From Octopus vulgaris (taxonomy: Eukaryota), in the NCBI GenBank assembly GCA_951406725.2, contig OX597816.1:16864001-16928000 (forward strand): 64,000 bases of DNA, given 5' to 3'. Below the pieces are notes generated by a model, which saw only the letters and a program-made list of their open reading frames with translations, had not been told where the DNA came from and did no database searches. Of the stretch, positions 38,955 to 51,715 are shown one piece after another (within the stretch, counting starts at the first letter, position 1; each line of letters opens with the position of its first letter). The position numbers were made by a program, and so were the translations under genes.

Positions 38955-39325
38955 ATGAAAAATGTATGGTGAATAAACAAATGACATGGTGTATACTGAA
39001 TGTAAAAATGAGCAGGAAACAAACAAAAGAGCCATAAATCTTCATTAGTTATCGACCAATTGGCAATATTCAGTTTTGCGCCTTTAACAGAAAGACCAAG
39101 TGCTTCCCAAATGGCGGTGTTCATAAAAAACTTTTCTTGCAGAGAATTAATCATGAGAGCAATACACAGACACACACACACACACATAATACATACAACA
39201 ACAATCTTTCTAGTCTTTATATTTTGATATATTTCTTTTGGTAAATATAATCTGTAAAAGATTATTGAAACATGCGTAATGAAAGACTCAGAATATTAAT
39301 AACTTCTTTCCTGTGCTTAATTCAG

Positions 39326-39601
39326 TTCTATATTTAAGAGATGAGGAATTATGTACATTATTTACATTATTTACAATTGACAGATATTCGTCCTCATCTT
39401 GTTTGTTGTTAGCATAACATTTTGGCTGATATACCCTCCAGCCTTCATCAGGTGTCTTGGAGAAATTTTGAACTCGGGTTCTCATTCCTAAAGCATTTTT
39501 TATGTTGTTATTATTATTATTATTCAGGTCACTGTCTGGAAGTGAACTCAGAATATTGGGGTTAGTAGCCTGCGCTCTTAACCACTACGCCATATGCCCG
39601 T
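39326..39601 (-). ncRNA. tRNA-like Pol III head (39527-39599), (AAT)n, decayed hammerhead (39412-39455); probable inverted PLE pseudo-LTR
   Basis: Reverse complement: GGGCATA TGGCGTAGTGGTTAAGAGCGC..GAGTTCACTTCC..; acac CTGATGA a-ggctg..cagcc AAAA tg TT (GAAACG to AAAATG is consistent with CpG decay). Confidence 0.65.
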
Positions 39602-41110
39602 GACAATTCCATCATAATACTTTCGGCCGACAAGGGAAATACTTCAGTGGTGATGAACAAGTCTGACTACTTGGAAAAACTGGCAAGTCTTATAAGTGAT
39701 GGTAGCTACAGCAAAGTAAAGAAAGACCCTACTTTGAAAACAGAGAGGAAGTTGTCACAGATCTTGACAAAGATCAAGGATCACTTTACACCAATGAAGT
39801 ACAGACAACTGACTCAACACTACAGTAAACTACCACACATGTATGGTCTTCCTAAGATTCACAAGGTTGGTATTCCATTAAGACCTATAGTGGGGTGTAG
39901 AGGTTCAGCATGTCATCCACCGACTGAGCTGCTTCCTTGTGGATATAATCAATCCATTAGCAGGAAAGTCAACATCGTGCGTGAAGAATTCCACCCACTT
40001 CACAGAATTCATCAAGGATGCTCCCATTGAATCCAACCAGATGGTGAGTCTAGATGTGATAAGTCGGTTCACCAAAGTCTCAACTGGTGAAGCACTAGTG
40101 GTGATTCAAGAAAAACTAGTGACAGACACCCATCTAAAAGAATGCACTAGTATACCAATAAGAAACTTGATGGAAATGTTGACCTTCTGTGTAGAAACTA
40201 CCTACTTCAGTATGGACACTGATATATATCGAGAAGAAGAGGGTTTAGCTATGGGTTCACCATTATCACAGATAATAGCCAATATATACATGGAATACTT
40301 TGAGAATTTGGCTTTAGGGTCAACACCACTAAAACCAAACACTATGGCTGCGATATGTTGATGACACCTTTATACTCAGGCCCCACCAGGAAGATGTCCA
40401 AGATGTCCAACACACACCAAGTATGGATTCAGGACATCCATACACTACAAGCCGACTTTCACTGGACGATACCTCAACTTCAACTCCCACCATCCGTACA
40501 GTATAAAGAGAGGGATTACTCAGTGCCTAAAACATCGAGCAATGAATATAAGTAGCAATTGTGATACCCACCACAAAGAAATGATTAAGCTCAGTAACAA
40601 TCTATTAAGCAACAACTACCCCAAAAGCATACTCTCCACTCCAATTATGAAGAAAAGAGAGGATGAAACTGAGAAACTGTTCACAGTCCATCTACCCTAT
40701 GTGAAAGGCCTCTCTGAAAAGATACAAAAGACTTCTTCAGCCCATATGACATCAGGACAGTATTCAAAAGTAATACAACACTTTGCAAATATCTCCTTCA
40801 AGTAAAACCACCAATAGAAGAGAATATGACCAGACCAAAGACTGCGTGTACTCCATCCCTTGCAGCTGTGGTAGGTTATACAAAAGCAAAACATGCCACC
40901 CCCTCAAAATAAGGGTACACTATCATCGCAAAACTGTGACATGGGGAGATATTGATAAACTGGGTATAACTGATCATGTATGGAAAAATGGAGACCACCT
41001 CCACCTGTGGGATGAAGTTAAAATAACAGACAGAGACCACTGCTGGAAAATACAAAAACTAAAAGAAGCAGCACATATGCTAAGACACAACAACCTCTTA
41101 AGCAGCATGT
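39602..41110 (+). pseudogene. Penelope-like element RT and GIY-YIG endonuclease, 5' truncated and frameshifted
   Basis: ADKGN, YGLPKIHK..PLRPIV, SLDV, GLAMGSPLS..IANIYM, WLRYVDD, GRYLNFNSHHP, VYSIPCSCG.LY...T. Confidence 0.93.
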
Positions 41111-41394
41111 GGGAATTGGTATTAAGGAGGGATAGGAGAATATTAGATTTTGTCAAAAAGATCCAAAAGGATGAAGGTGATCATGTATAAATGGATACTC
41201 ATGCATTGGAATCATAGGTAGGTTAACAAAAGAAAAAAAAGACTAAGAATGGAGACTTTGCATGAAGCAAATACAAAGAAACAAACACAAAGAACACACA
41301 GGAAACAGGTTTTCTCAAATACCCAGGAGAGTCTCTTCAGATAGCAGCTAGTTTCTGTTACTTCTGTTACCTTGTTAAGCTAATTAGCAACAGA

Positions 41395-42180
41395 GAAGGG
41401 TGTTCTGAAAGTACCAAAGAATATATAAGATGGGGAAAGTGCAGGGAGCTTTATCTCTGTTGGTAAAAAATAAAGGTTTTTCTCTCAGAATGAAAAGGTA
41501 GACTATATGATGCTTGTTTACAGACTGCACTACTAAATAATATTGAGACATGGGCACTGAACATGAAGACTGGAAGGAAATGATGCAAGCATACTTTTGT
41601 GAATGCACAATATCTGTAGACACGAGCAACAGAGTTGTTCACAGACCCAAAGATACACACATGCACACACACACACAACAAGCTTCCATACAGTTTCCAT
41701 CTACCAAATTTGGTCATGAGATATTGGTCCACATGTGGTTATAGAAGAAGATGCTTGCTGAAGTTGTCTTGCAGTGGGACGAAATCTGAAACCACATGGC
41801 TGGAAAGTGAGCCTCTTAACCACACATCTATATTGTTGTAGTTGTGTGTGATTTAAAACTGAGTATTCTCCTTCATTTTATCATTTCTTTTGGGTTTTTT
41901 TTAAATTTTGCTTCTCATTTGTTTCAATGTGTTAGTAAAATAAGATGAACCAGAAGTAGTATGCATGAGAGAAAACTTCACGGGGGTGAGTATGTGATGC
42001 ATATGGACGAGGACAGCTGTATGGAGAAATGCTGATCCTTTACAAGCAAAAATTGTGAAAGACAAAGGACAAACTGGCGATGGTTTATCACTATAAAGGA
42101 AATGACAAAGGAACAAGTTAAACAGTGATATGCAGTGCTCAAGGGGACACCCCCATCTGAGGTAAATGATGAAAATGAAG
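41395..42180 (+). pseudogene. RTE C-terminal remnant interrupted by the inverted duplicate 41640-41888
   Basis: RLYDACLQTALL..ETWAL before the insert; VMHMDEDSCMEKC after it. Confidence 0.55.
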
Positions 42181-43426
42181 TACTAAAAGCATAAAGTATA
42201 CGTTCATGACTGGTCCCCCACTCATTTGATATGTCCCTGTCAAACCGACACCTGCTGTTCTCCTTAGCCCCTCATTACATTATTAATCAGTCTTGTGTAT
42301 TATTTTATCAAATCCTCATTCTTTCTTTACTGCCAGTCATCATTTTCTCTTAATTGAGCTACTTCCCATTTTCACCTATGACAGATTTTTAACAATGTCC
42401 CCACCTTCCATTGACCATATTTTCTGTGCTACCAGTCACTACTCACTTTCCTTTGAGCCATTTTCTGTTAACATCCACCCCTCATTTACAACACAGTTAC
42501 CTTTGCTGCGCGCGCGCACGCGTGTGTGTGTGTATGTATGTATGTGAGTGAGCAAGCAAGCGAGCACGTGTGTGTGTGAGAGAGTGCATGTGTGTGTGTG
42601 TGGTAAAATGATATCAAAACTAATCTCAGAAGTAATCCAGTGATGCAAACAAAGCTGAGATTCTGAAGTTGAATCCAGGGGAAGTTCACGTAGGTGTTGA
42701 GAATATCTTGAGTAAAGGCCATAAGCATTAACAAATACTATACAAAAAGAAAAAAAAAAAAACGCTTGATAAAAAATTATATTAATTTAATGCATCAATG
42801 GAGAAAGAAAATGTTAGTGTCTTAGAAGTTGAAAAGATTAGAAAACATATGGGAATAGTGTTCTACAGATGGAGTTAAAAATGGGCGGAAGCAGTGTGTA
42901 AGTGCATGTACTGGGATGCATCTGTGTCTGGGAGTGTGTGCACATGTGTTCACATGTACGTGTGTGTGGTGTATGTATGTGTATAAATGTGTGTGCAAGT
43001 ATAAGAATTAGTAGGACTAGGGTTCGTGGTGTGTGGGAGTAATTAATTATTAAGTGGGTAGAGCAGAAATGTGTGAAGTGTTGTGGGGTTGGCAAAGCAA
43101 AGAGTGAGTCATGGTGAAGCAGAAGTGTTGGACAGAAGAAAGAATTGGCGATTCAAAGACTTCAGCGAAAAGAAGGAGAGCCAAAGTGAAAGTGTACACT
43201 TGCACACATTTATAGATATACATACATCACACTAGCACACACACACACACACACACAAACCTATATATACACCCACACATTATTCCATCTTATGCTTGCT
43301 TCCAGACTCAGATATACACACAAACATGCATCTACACATCTTCCTCTTCTTCTTTTCTTAGCTCCTACTCAATAAACAACATTCTCACATGCTTTCTAAC
43401 CTTCCTCTTGAGTTCTTCATCTCTTT

Positions 43427-43472
<46 letters not shown>

Positions 43473-43908
43473 GGAAAATCTTTGAGTGTCTAGAACCTGA
43501 ATTTGAGATTAAAAGCTATATCAACCCCTAAGACGGACGCAACTGCATAGTACCAAACATCCTACATTCTACATCTACAATAGGGATCTAATGCTGTAAC
43601 AGCTTTGGATTTTACAATACATTACCGTAAAACCTTATGAATCTACAAAACACAGATGTGAATCATCATCGTATTCAAAAACACAGAGACCAATCTTTAT
43701 CTCAGATACATGATGAGTCAATGTTATGAGCTTCTTTCAGTTTCTTTGATTAGCCTGGAACTATAGTACAAGGCACTTGCCCAAGGCGCCACATAGTGGA
43801 GCTGAACCCAATACCAAGTGGTTGGGAAGCAAACTACTTAACACACAGCCAGATCTATGCAAAAAGATGATATTTATATATATAAATAAATATCACTGTC
43901 AATATATT

Positions 43909-44304
43909 TACTCTTTTACTCTTTTACTTGTTTCAGTCATTTGACTGCGGCCATGCTGGAGCACCGCCTTTAGTCGAGCAAATCGACCCCGGGACTTATT
44001 CTTTGTAAGCCCAGTACTTATTCTATCGGTCTCTTTTGCCGAACCGCTAAGTGACGGGGACGTAAACACACCAGCATCGGTTATCAAGCAATGCTAGGGG
44101 ACAAACACAAACACACACACACATACATATATATACATATATGACAGGCTTCTTTCAGTTTCTGTCCACCAAATCCACTCACAAGGCATTGGTCGGCCCG
44201 GGGCTATAGCAGAAGACACTTTCCCAAGATGCTACGCAGCGGGACTGAACCCGGAACCATGTGGTTGGTTAGCAAGCTACTTACCACACAGCCACTCCTG
44301 CGCC
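43909..44304 (-). mobile_element. Full-length family A SINE
   Basis: Reverse complement of 17909-18323; possible TSD tatatt at 43903-43908 and 44305-44310. Confidence 0.92.
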
Positions 44305-44324
44305 TATATTGTTAATATATTCTT

Positions 44325-44780
44325 CACCATTAAATGTCTTAGTATCTGTAATGGCTGTCTATCTCATTTCCTAGTGAGAATGAAATCTGACTTCAGTGTT
44401 CACTACATTAGCAGATGAGGATTTGTCTGGCTAATTTCTTGAAGATTGTGTTACAGTTTGTCAGACCAGTTGCATCCAAAAGCTTTTCACCCACTTCAGT
44501 TTTCTTCTACAACCTCCATAGATATCATGAAACAAATATCTTTCATAATCATCGGTTATGATAATGAAGTCACCGTCAAATGTCATTGAGGTTAGTAAGC
44601 AAGCAAGGTTCACATGGAAACAGCCCTTCTGTTCATCTGTCAATCCTGGCTGTGGAGTGTACTCAGAATGAATGCTGCTGTCGACTTGTCTATAACAAGC
44701 CCCGTCTTAACCTATTGCACACACTGACCACATCAATTACTTCATCCATTTCTAAGTTAACAGAATAACTATCCATGCCT
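44325..44780 (-). pseudogene. RTE AP-endonuclease remnant
   Basis: EVIDVVSVCNR, YTPQPGLTDEQK, GDFIII, CNTIFKK, DFILTRK, FNGEE across frameshifts. Confidence 0.65.
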
Positions 44781-45020
44781 ACATACATGTGTGTGTGTAT
44801 GTGTATATGTATGTGTGTGTATGAATGTATATGATGTATAATAAACATATATAAATATAAATATAAATATGCATATAAATATATACATATATAAGTATAA
44901 ACATAGCGATAAACATACATATATAAATATATAACATACACACATATAAATATTATATGTCTCTAATTTAATATAATATATATATATATATATATCTCAA
45001 AATTAATATATTAATATATA

Positions 45021-45818
45021 CAAGGTTTGATCAATAAGTATCCGGACTGTTACCATAGTAATGAAGTTAAAGCATGCAAAGTGAAACTGGTTGGCACAGA
45101 TTGACCTTGACCTCTGCTCTGCATGCACATTAAGTTTTAACATTCTAGCTCACTTCCATTGTTTACAGCAATGCTTTGAAGGAAGGTGTGTAACATGTGA
45201 TCATCACATTGACTATGACAGAGAAAGTTATCATGGCAATACCTGCTCAGAAGCCTACACAAAGTTGCTGAAAGTGTATGGGGAGGAGTGTATGAGTGAC
45301 ACACAAGTGTATGAGTTTTCTTACGTTTCCAAGATGGCTGAAAAAATGTCAATATCGACAAACGTTCTGGGAGGCCTGTAACCAGCAGAATAGAGAAAAG
45401 CATTGCAGATGTGCATGCAGCTGTGAGGGGAAATCATTGAATCACCATCCATGAGTTATCAGAGGATGTGCAGATTAGGTACAGTTCAGGAGATGCATGC
45501 CTGCCAAATTTGTGCCAAAACTGCTTCAGCTGACCAAAAAGACACTTGGATTTCAGTTACACAAGATCTCTTTGATTGTGTTGAGAATGATGAAAACTTT
45601 GCATAGGCCTCTGAGCCGCTATTGCCAAGCTTTTTGATGCAGATTCTCTGCTCAATTTATCTGTCATGGTCAATGCAACAATCATACACTAAACACCTTC
45701 CTTCCAAGCACTGCTGTAAACAGCGGAAGTGAGCTAGAATATTAAAACTTAGTGTGCATGCACAACAGAATTCAAGGTCAATCTGTGTCTGACAACTTCA
45801 CTCTGCATGCTTTTAATT
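45021..45818 (+). mobile_element. Fold-back mariner: left end and HTH-coding region, then an inverted copy of the left ~210 bp
   Basis: TA|caaggtttgatcaataag; EAYTKLLKVYGEECMS..VYE, RSGRPVTS, AKFVPKL; arms 45066-45275 and 45596-45818. Confidence 0.85.
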
Positions 45819-46469
45819 TATTTACATCTTATTTACATTTTTAGCGCTTTCTTCTGTTATTGGATTTATCAAAAAATGGTTTAAAGTTAGATTTCTTAGC
45901 CTTTTTATATATAAAGAATTTTCTGGGGTTTGCCAAGCAGGGGAAAAGAAAGAAGAAAAAAATTTGAGAAGGAATTGGAGGTAAAGAGGCATGGCTTTGT
46001 ATGGTCAGATTTGTTTGTTTAGTACCTAGTGGCCTTTTAAGGTGGGGAAGGGAAAAGAAGAGAAAGGAAAAAGAATTTTTGTGTTTGAATTGGTCAAGGT
46101 CTTAATTGGAAAACCAGATATTGTTTTTGACTTTCTTCAATAAAAAATATAAATGCATTTCCAGGTCTTGTTCTTTTGTGTTCATTAAAGAATAGTATGG
46201 ATGTAGTCAACTTTTGTTGTTGAAATTCTATATGTTTTCGAAAGAGTGATTTTTGAGTCCACTATACACTAATACAGCAATTATATATATACATACACAC
46301 ACATACATATATAAATATATATACATACACACACACACACACACACACACTCAAAGACATCTATATATATATAAATGTTCATATTTGTGCCCATATATAC
46401 ATAAGTACACATTATGATTTTTTTTAAAAATAATTAATTAATATAATTAAAGATTCATCTCTGTGGTTA

Positions 46470-47084
46470 AATAAATTTGGAAAGTTTTGGTCATTTTAGT
46501 CACTATTTTTGATTTTTGTCCGAGTATTTGTCCTTCAGACTGGAAAAAGGAGTTAAAAAAAGATTCCTTTATGATGAATATTTGTTCTGGAGGATGGTGT
46601 CAAAGGCCTCATTGTTTAGGGGGTTGTGCATGGATATGTATGGTAGGGCTTTTGGTTATAAATCTTTCTTTAGTTTGGGGTGTCTGAGTTCATGGATGTT
46701 GAGTTGTGAGGCACGTAGAAAGCCTACACCAATTAGTGATGGCAGGTAGTTCCTGTTGATGAGTGTATCCTTTAACTCAGGTAGCAGTGTGTCCCTGGTG
46801 CTTGTATCAAATACTATATTACAAATCCTCTCTGCCAGGTTGTAAGGGATATTCATTCTAGTGTGTCTGGGGTGGCAAGATTTGAATGCCAGATATTGCT
46901 TGGAGTCTGTGGGCTTATAGTAGATGTCTGTTTCTATTTTGCTGTTGGATTTCTTAATGAGGATGTCAAGGAATAGAAGTTGTTGGTGGCTATATTCCTT
47001 CATAAACTGAATTTTTATATCAAGTCCATTCAGAAGTGCTTGAAATTCAGCTTGAAATTCTTTAAGCCTCTCTATATTATTCAT
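46470..47084 (-). pseudogene. Second PLE family, RT C-terminal (thumb) remnant
   Basis: IQFMKE..LFLDILI..TDIYYKPTDSKQYL.F.SCHP.H...NIPYNLA.RIC. Confidence 0.85.
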
Positions 47085-47321
47085 TTCACCCCCCCCCCCC
47101 CATACTAATATTCTGCATGTTTAAATTTGACTACTCATTTCTGAATGCAGGGATTCTTGTTGAACCACCAGATGAAATACAGGCAGCTTCAGTAATGCTG
47201 TCCAGCATGCTTGAAATAACAGCCTAATCCCTGAAAAATAATTTTTTGCCAAAATTTCAATATTTTAAATAAACTCTGCCCCACTGACTCTCTGAATAAA
47301 TATACCCACAGCACAGGCATG

Positions 47322-47632
47322 GTGGAGGCATATGGGCTAGTGGTTAGAGTAGCGGACTCACAGCCGAGGGATCATGGGTCCGAATTTCAGACTAGGTGAT
47401 GTGTGTGTGTTTATGAGCGAAACACTTAAGCTCCATGCAGCTTTGGCAGAAGATAATTCCAAACTTCTGCTGACTTTTTCACCACAACTTTCTCTCACTC
47501 TTTCCTCCTGCATCTAGCAGCTCACCTTTGGTGGACTGGCGTCCTGTCCAGGTGGGGAAACTATACACCAATGAAACCAGGAAACTAGCCCTTATGAACC
47601 AGGCATGACACAAGAATGAACAAACAACAACA
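47322..47632 (+). mobile_element. tRNA-headed SINE (family D2) with (AAC)n tail
   Basis: 15-bp TSD cacag(c/t)acaggcatg at 47307-47321 and 47633-47647; head shared with 33728-34091. Confidence 0.88.
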
Positions 47633-49701
47633 ACACAGTACAGGCATGAATAACTGTTAAACCAGCATATGAAATGAGAGAGGCCTCATTGTGGTCACTT
47701 GACTTTTTATATCTTCCTGTCCTCAGTTTTCAGAATAATGATATCTACCCAACAGAAATATGGAATGGATCAGCACATTTGTTACAACCATGACAACTTA
47801 CACAGAAATATTAGGTAAATTTTGACCGCAGCCCCCCACCTTATTCATGAGGAAACAAAATAGAATTTCCATCCATATAATTCTGGTTTCTTTACTACAA
47901 TGTTGGAAAGTTTGAAATGGTCCAAATCGCTTCTAAAATATGACAGGAAAACATCATTTAACCTTTCAGACCAAAACAATAATTTCATGTGAATTTATAA
48001 AATTGAAGATACTTTATTTTTCTCAAAAGATGCATCTTCAAACATTCTCATAGAGAATCACTTTGTTCCTGCTCTAAACTAAAACCCTTTTCAACCATTT
48101 GGCTTGTATCTTAGTCTTTAATTATAATTACAATCACATTTACTTTTTTTACTATAGGTAAAAAAAATCTTGATAGAATTCTTTTTATTCTATCTTTTAG
48201 CCTTTTTAAGTTTTGACTCAATAACAATTACTTTTTAGCTGCTAAAAGTGTTGCTTGTAAGGAGAGTGGACTAGCAGCAAAAAACAGAGGTGGAGGAGTG
48301 ATAATATTCTTAATTGAACTTGGAAAAGCAAAAGACAAGCAGGAGTGGAAGCTTAAAATTATTGCATTTGAAGTTGAATTGAAATAAAAACAAAAATGTT
48401 TTACAATTCATTCAAATGTAAAAGTATGCTGCTCTCTGGATTCTAATCCTCCTACAAAGAAAATTCTATATAGAATTTCCTACATCAACTCTTCATCATC
48501 ATCATTTAATGTCCCTGTTCCATTGCTAACATGGATTGGATGATTTGATGAGAGTTGACAACTCAGAGGACTGCGTCATGCTCCTATGACTACTTTGGCT
48601 TGGTTTCTATGGCTAGATGCCCTTTCTAATATCAAAAATATGTTCCAGATGGTTTTTCTTTTTTTGGAATACCAGCACTAGTAAGGTCACTATGCCGATA
48701 AGATTAAGACCCCCTTCAATTTAGAGGGGCTGTGGTAGAGAGGGAGTTGGATTTATGTCAAAAGACAAAAGGTTAAAATCTGAGAGAATGTGCTAGGATG
48801 AAGGAAGTTACTTGCTATTGAAGAGCTATTTGACTCTTCACATTATAGAAGAGATAGTGGAGATGGTCATGGTAGAGCTGGAAAGAGATAAAAATAGTGG
48901 TGATGATGTGTCAGGATGGATGCTCAAGATACAAAGTAAGTAAAAGTGAGTGAGGACAGGAAAGCAGAGTGCTGGTGGGTAGAGGCTGCAAGAATATAGG
49001 AGATTGAGAGATGGTTAGGAGTAGGAAATAGGTGAGGGGTGAGATGTGACTATAATGAAGAACAAGTATTGAGGAATAATAAATAGGGAAGGTGGGAAAG
49101 AGTAGGTCAGGGTTGTTGGGCTGAGAGGTGGATGTAGTGAATGGTGGACAGTGCTTGGACAATGATGCAGTCTGGGGAGGTGGGGGACGATAAGAGAGAG
49201 TGGAAAATGACCGAAAAAAGATTTGGGGTGAAGAGCAGGAAACTGAATCAGAAGACAGAGGAAGGATGAGAAAAAAAAAGAGTGACACCTTATAAAATAT
49301 GGTAGCTGATAAAAGGAAGTTGAATAACTCATATATGATATAGTTGTTGCCTGTCTTTCAAAATTTAACAATGGTCAGCTACTTTTCTCTCAAGCCTTTT
49401 TTTCCCTCGAACTAAAACTGAGCTGAGATTTAGACACAGAAAAACAAGCTCATCTACGCAGAAGAGGCAATATTGATGAAGATGCATTTTACCTTACCTA
49501 GAAACAGTCAATGCAGCAGTACTTTGTCAACTCAGAAATAATGAGGGTTAAATGATGAGATGGTTTTAATAACTAAAGAATGAAATCTAAAATACAAAGG
49601 TTTGGGAATCTACGATCATGGAGATCTGGAAATCCAACATTCTTGAGCTCTTGATACCCAGAAATTTTAGGCTCAACATGCATGGCCTCTATAAACTTGA
49701 A

Positions 49702-50157
49702 CATCATCATCATCATCGTTTAATGTCCGTTTTTTGTGCTAGCACGGGTTGGACGGTTCAACCAGGATCTGGGAAGCCAGGGGCTGCACCAGGCTCCAGT
49801 CTGATCTGGCAGTGTTTCTACAGCTGGATGCCCTTCCTAACGCCAACCACTCCGCGAGTGTAGTGGGTGCTTTTTACATGCCACCGGCACAGGTGCCAGG
49901 GAAGTCTGGCATCGGCCACGATCAGTTGATGCTTTTAACGTGCCACCGGCACGGAAGCCAGTCAAGGCAGCACTGGCATCAGCCACGTTCGGATGGTGCT
50001 TTTTATGTGCCACCGGCACAGAAGCCAGTCGAGGCGGCGCTGGCATCAGCCACGTTCGGATGGTGCTTTTCATGTGCCACCGGAACAGAAGCCAGTCGAG
50101 GCGGCGCTGGCATCGGCCACGTTCGGATGGTGCTTTTTATGTGCCACCGGCACAGGT
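49702..50157 (-). mobile_element. Family B retroposon with tandem 67-bp units
   Basis: Units start at 49879, 49941, 50008, 50075 and 50142 (tgccaccgg). Confidence 0.92.
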
Positions 50158-50590
50158 ATCACAAACAATTTTTTCCAAAATTGCGCAAAATTTGATTTAT
50201 GTGCTTAGGATCAGTGGTTTATGCTGAGCATAATAAACCATTGGACATAATCTCAGACATGCATATGAGAGGATGCTATGATGGAAGAAATATAGCCTTC
50301 CAAACTTACCACATTACCAGCATGCTTCTCAAACATAGACTACACTCATCATCATTCTTTTATCTACTTTTCCCCCATCCAAAACCAACCAAGCAAAGAT
50401 GTATGTTAAATTCCAACTTTGTCTGCGATATTTTCAAGCTTCCAATTCTTCATGTCTTATGCTGTTCCAGGTTCAATTAATTAAGAACATGATTATTCCT
50501 GCACACATACATTAATGTTCTCTGCTAGTGTGTGTGTGTGTATATATATATACACACACATATGCATATATATATATATAGAGAGAGAGA

Positions 50591-50634
<44 letters not shown>

Positions 50635-50855
50635 AAACACATATGTATGTATGATATGTAAGTATATTATACACAATAGTGTACATATGTAATACACACA
50701 ACCACAATTATAGACAGATTGATAGATAGACAGACAGAAAGATAGATAGATGACTAGATTGAATGAGATATACACGTATATGTGGACAATATACATATAT
50801 GTAGAATATGTAAGCATGCATGTATGTATGTGTAATACACAAACACACACACAAA

Positions 50856-50910
<55 letters not shown>

Positions 50911-51039
50911 TATATATATGTGTGTGTGTGTATGTGTGTATAATACAGACACACGAATTCACACAAATACACAGATGTGTGTGTGTGTGAGTGTATGTTA
51001 TCCAGACAGATATCATTCACTGCTTGTTCATTTATATAC

Positions 51040-51715
51040 CATATTTTTCATTGCTAGCATGAATTTTATGGAGACATGAGGCAATATTTTATAGCTGGAT
51101 GACCTTTCTGTTGCCAACCCTTGTCTATTTCACAAGGGATTTTTTTTTATGCTATAGGTCTTCAGAAGTGTAGACTAATTGGTTGTAATGTCAACAAAGA
51201 AAGTAAATGTTACATCAACATTTTGCAGAGGTAGGAAGCTATTGGATACCAATATTAGTGTACACATACACACACACACATCCATGCATATACACCAAGA
51301 CACACACTCCTATATATACATGCCCACATACACATACACACATGCACACACACACACATGCTTGTGTGCACACACCCACGTACATGTATGCATGCACACA
51401 CACATACGCATGTATCCATACATATACACCAAGACACACTCATATATATATGCCCACACACACATATACACATGTGCATGCACACACACATACATGTGTG
51501 CACACATATGTACACATACATGAATGTGCATGCACACAGACAGACACACACACAACAGGCTTCCGTACAGATTTTGTGTACAAATTCCACTCCCAAGACA
51601 TCAGTTGGTTCAGCGCCATTCAAGAAGACATTATGTCAATCAGCAGCACAGTGAGATTGAACCTGAAACCACTTGGTTGTGAAGCAAGTTTCTTAACAAC
51701 AAGCCATTCCCATAC
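51040..51715 (-). mobile_element. Old chimeric SINE (family-A head, long internal (CA)n, RTE-type 3' part)
   Basis: Head remnant at 51555-51715; ctggatgacctttctgttgccaaccc at 51095. Confidence 0.6.

Noticed and set aside
43530-43562. ctaagacggac..gtaccaaac, faint hammerhead-like order
   Set aside because: Both core boxes need indels; insufficient support
49879-50157. CRISPR-like palindromic repeats with intervening sequence
   Set aside because: The 'spacers' are homologous to each other, the array is internal to a dispersed SINE, the context is eukaryotic and there are no cas genes
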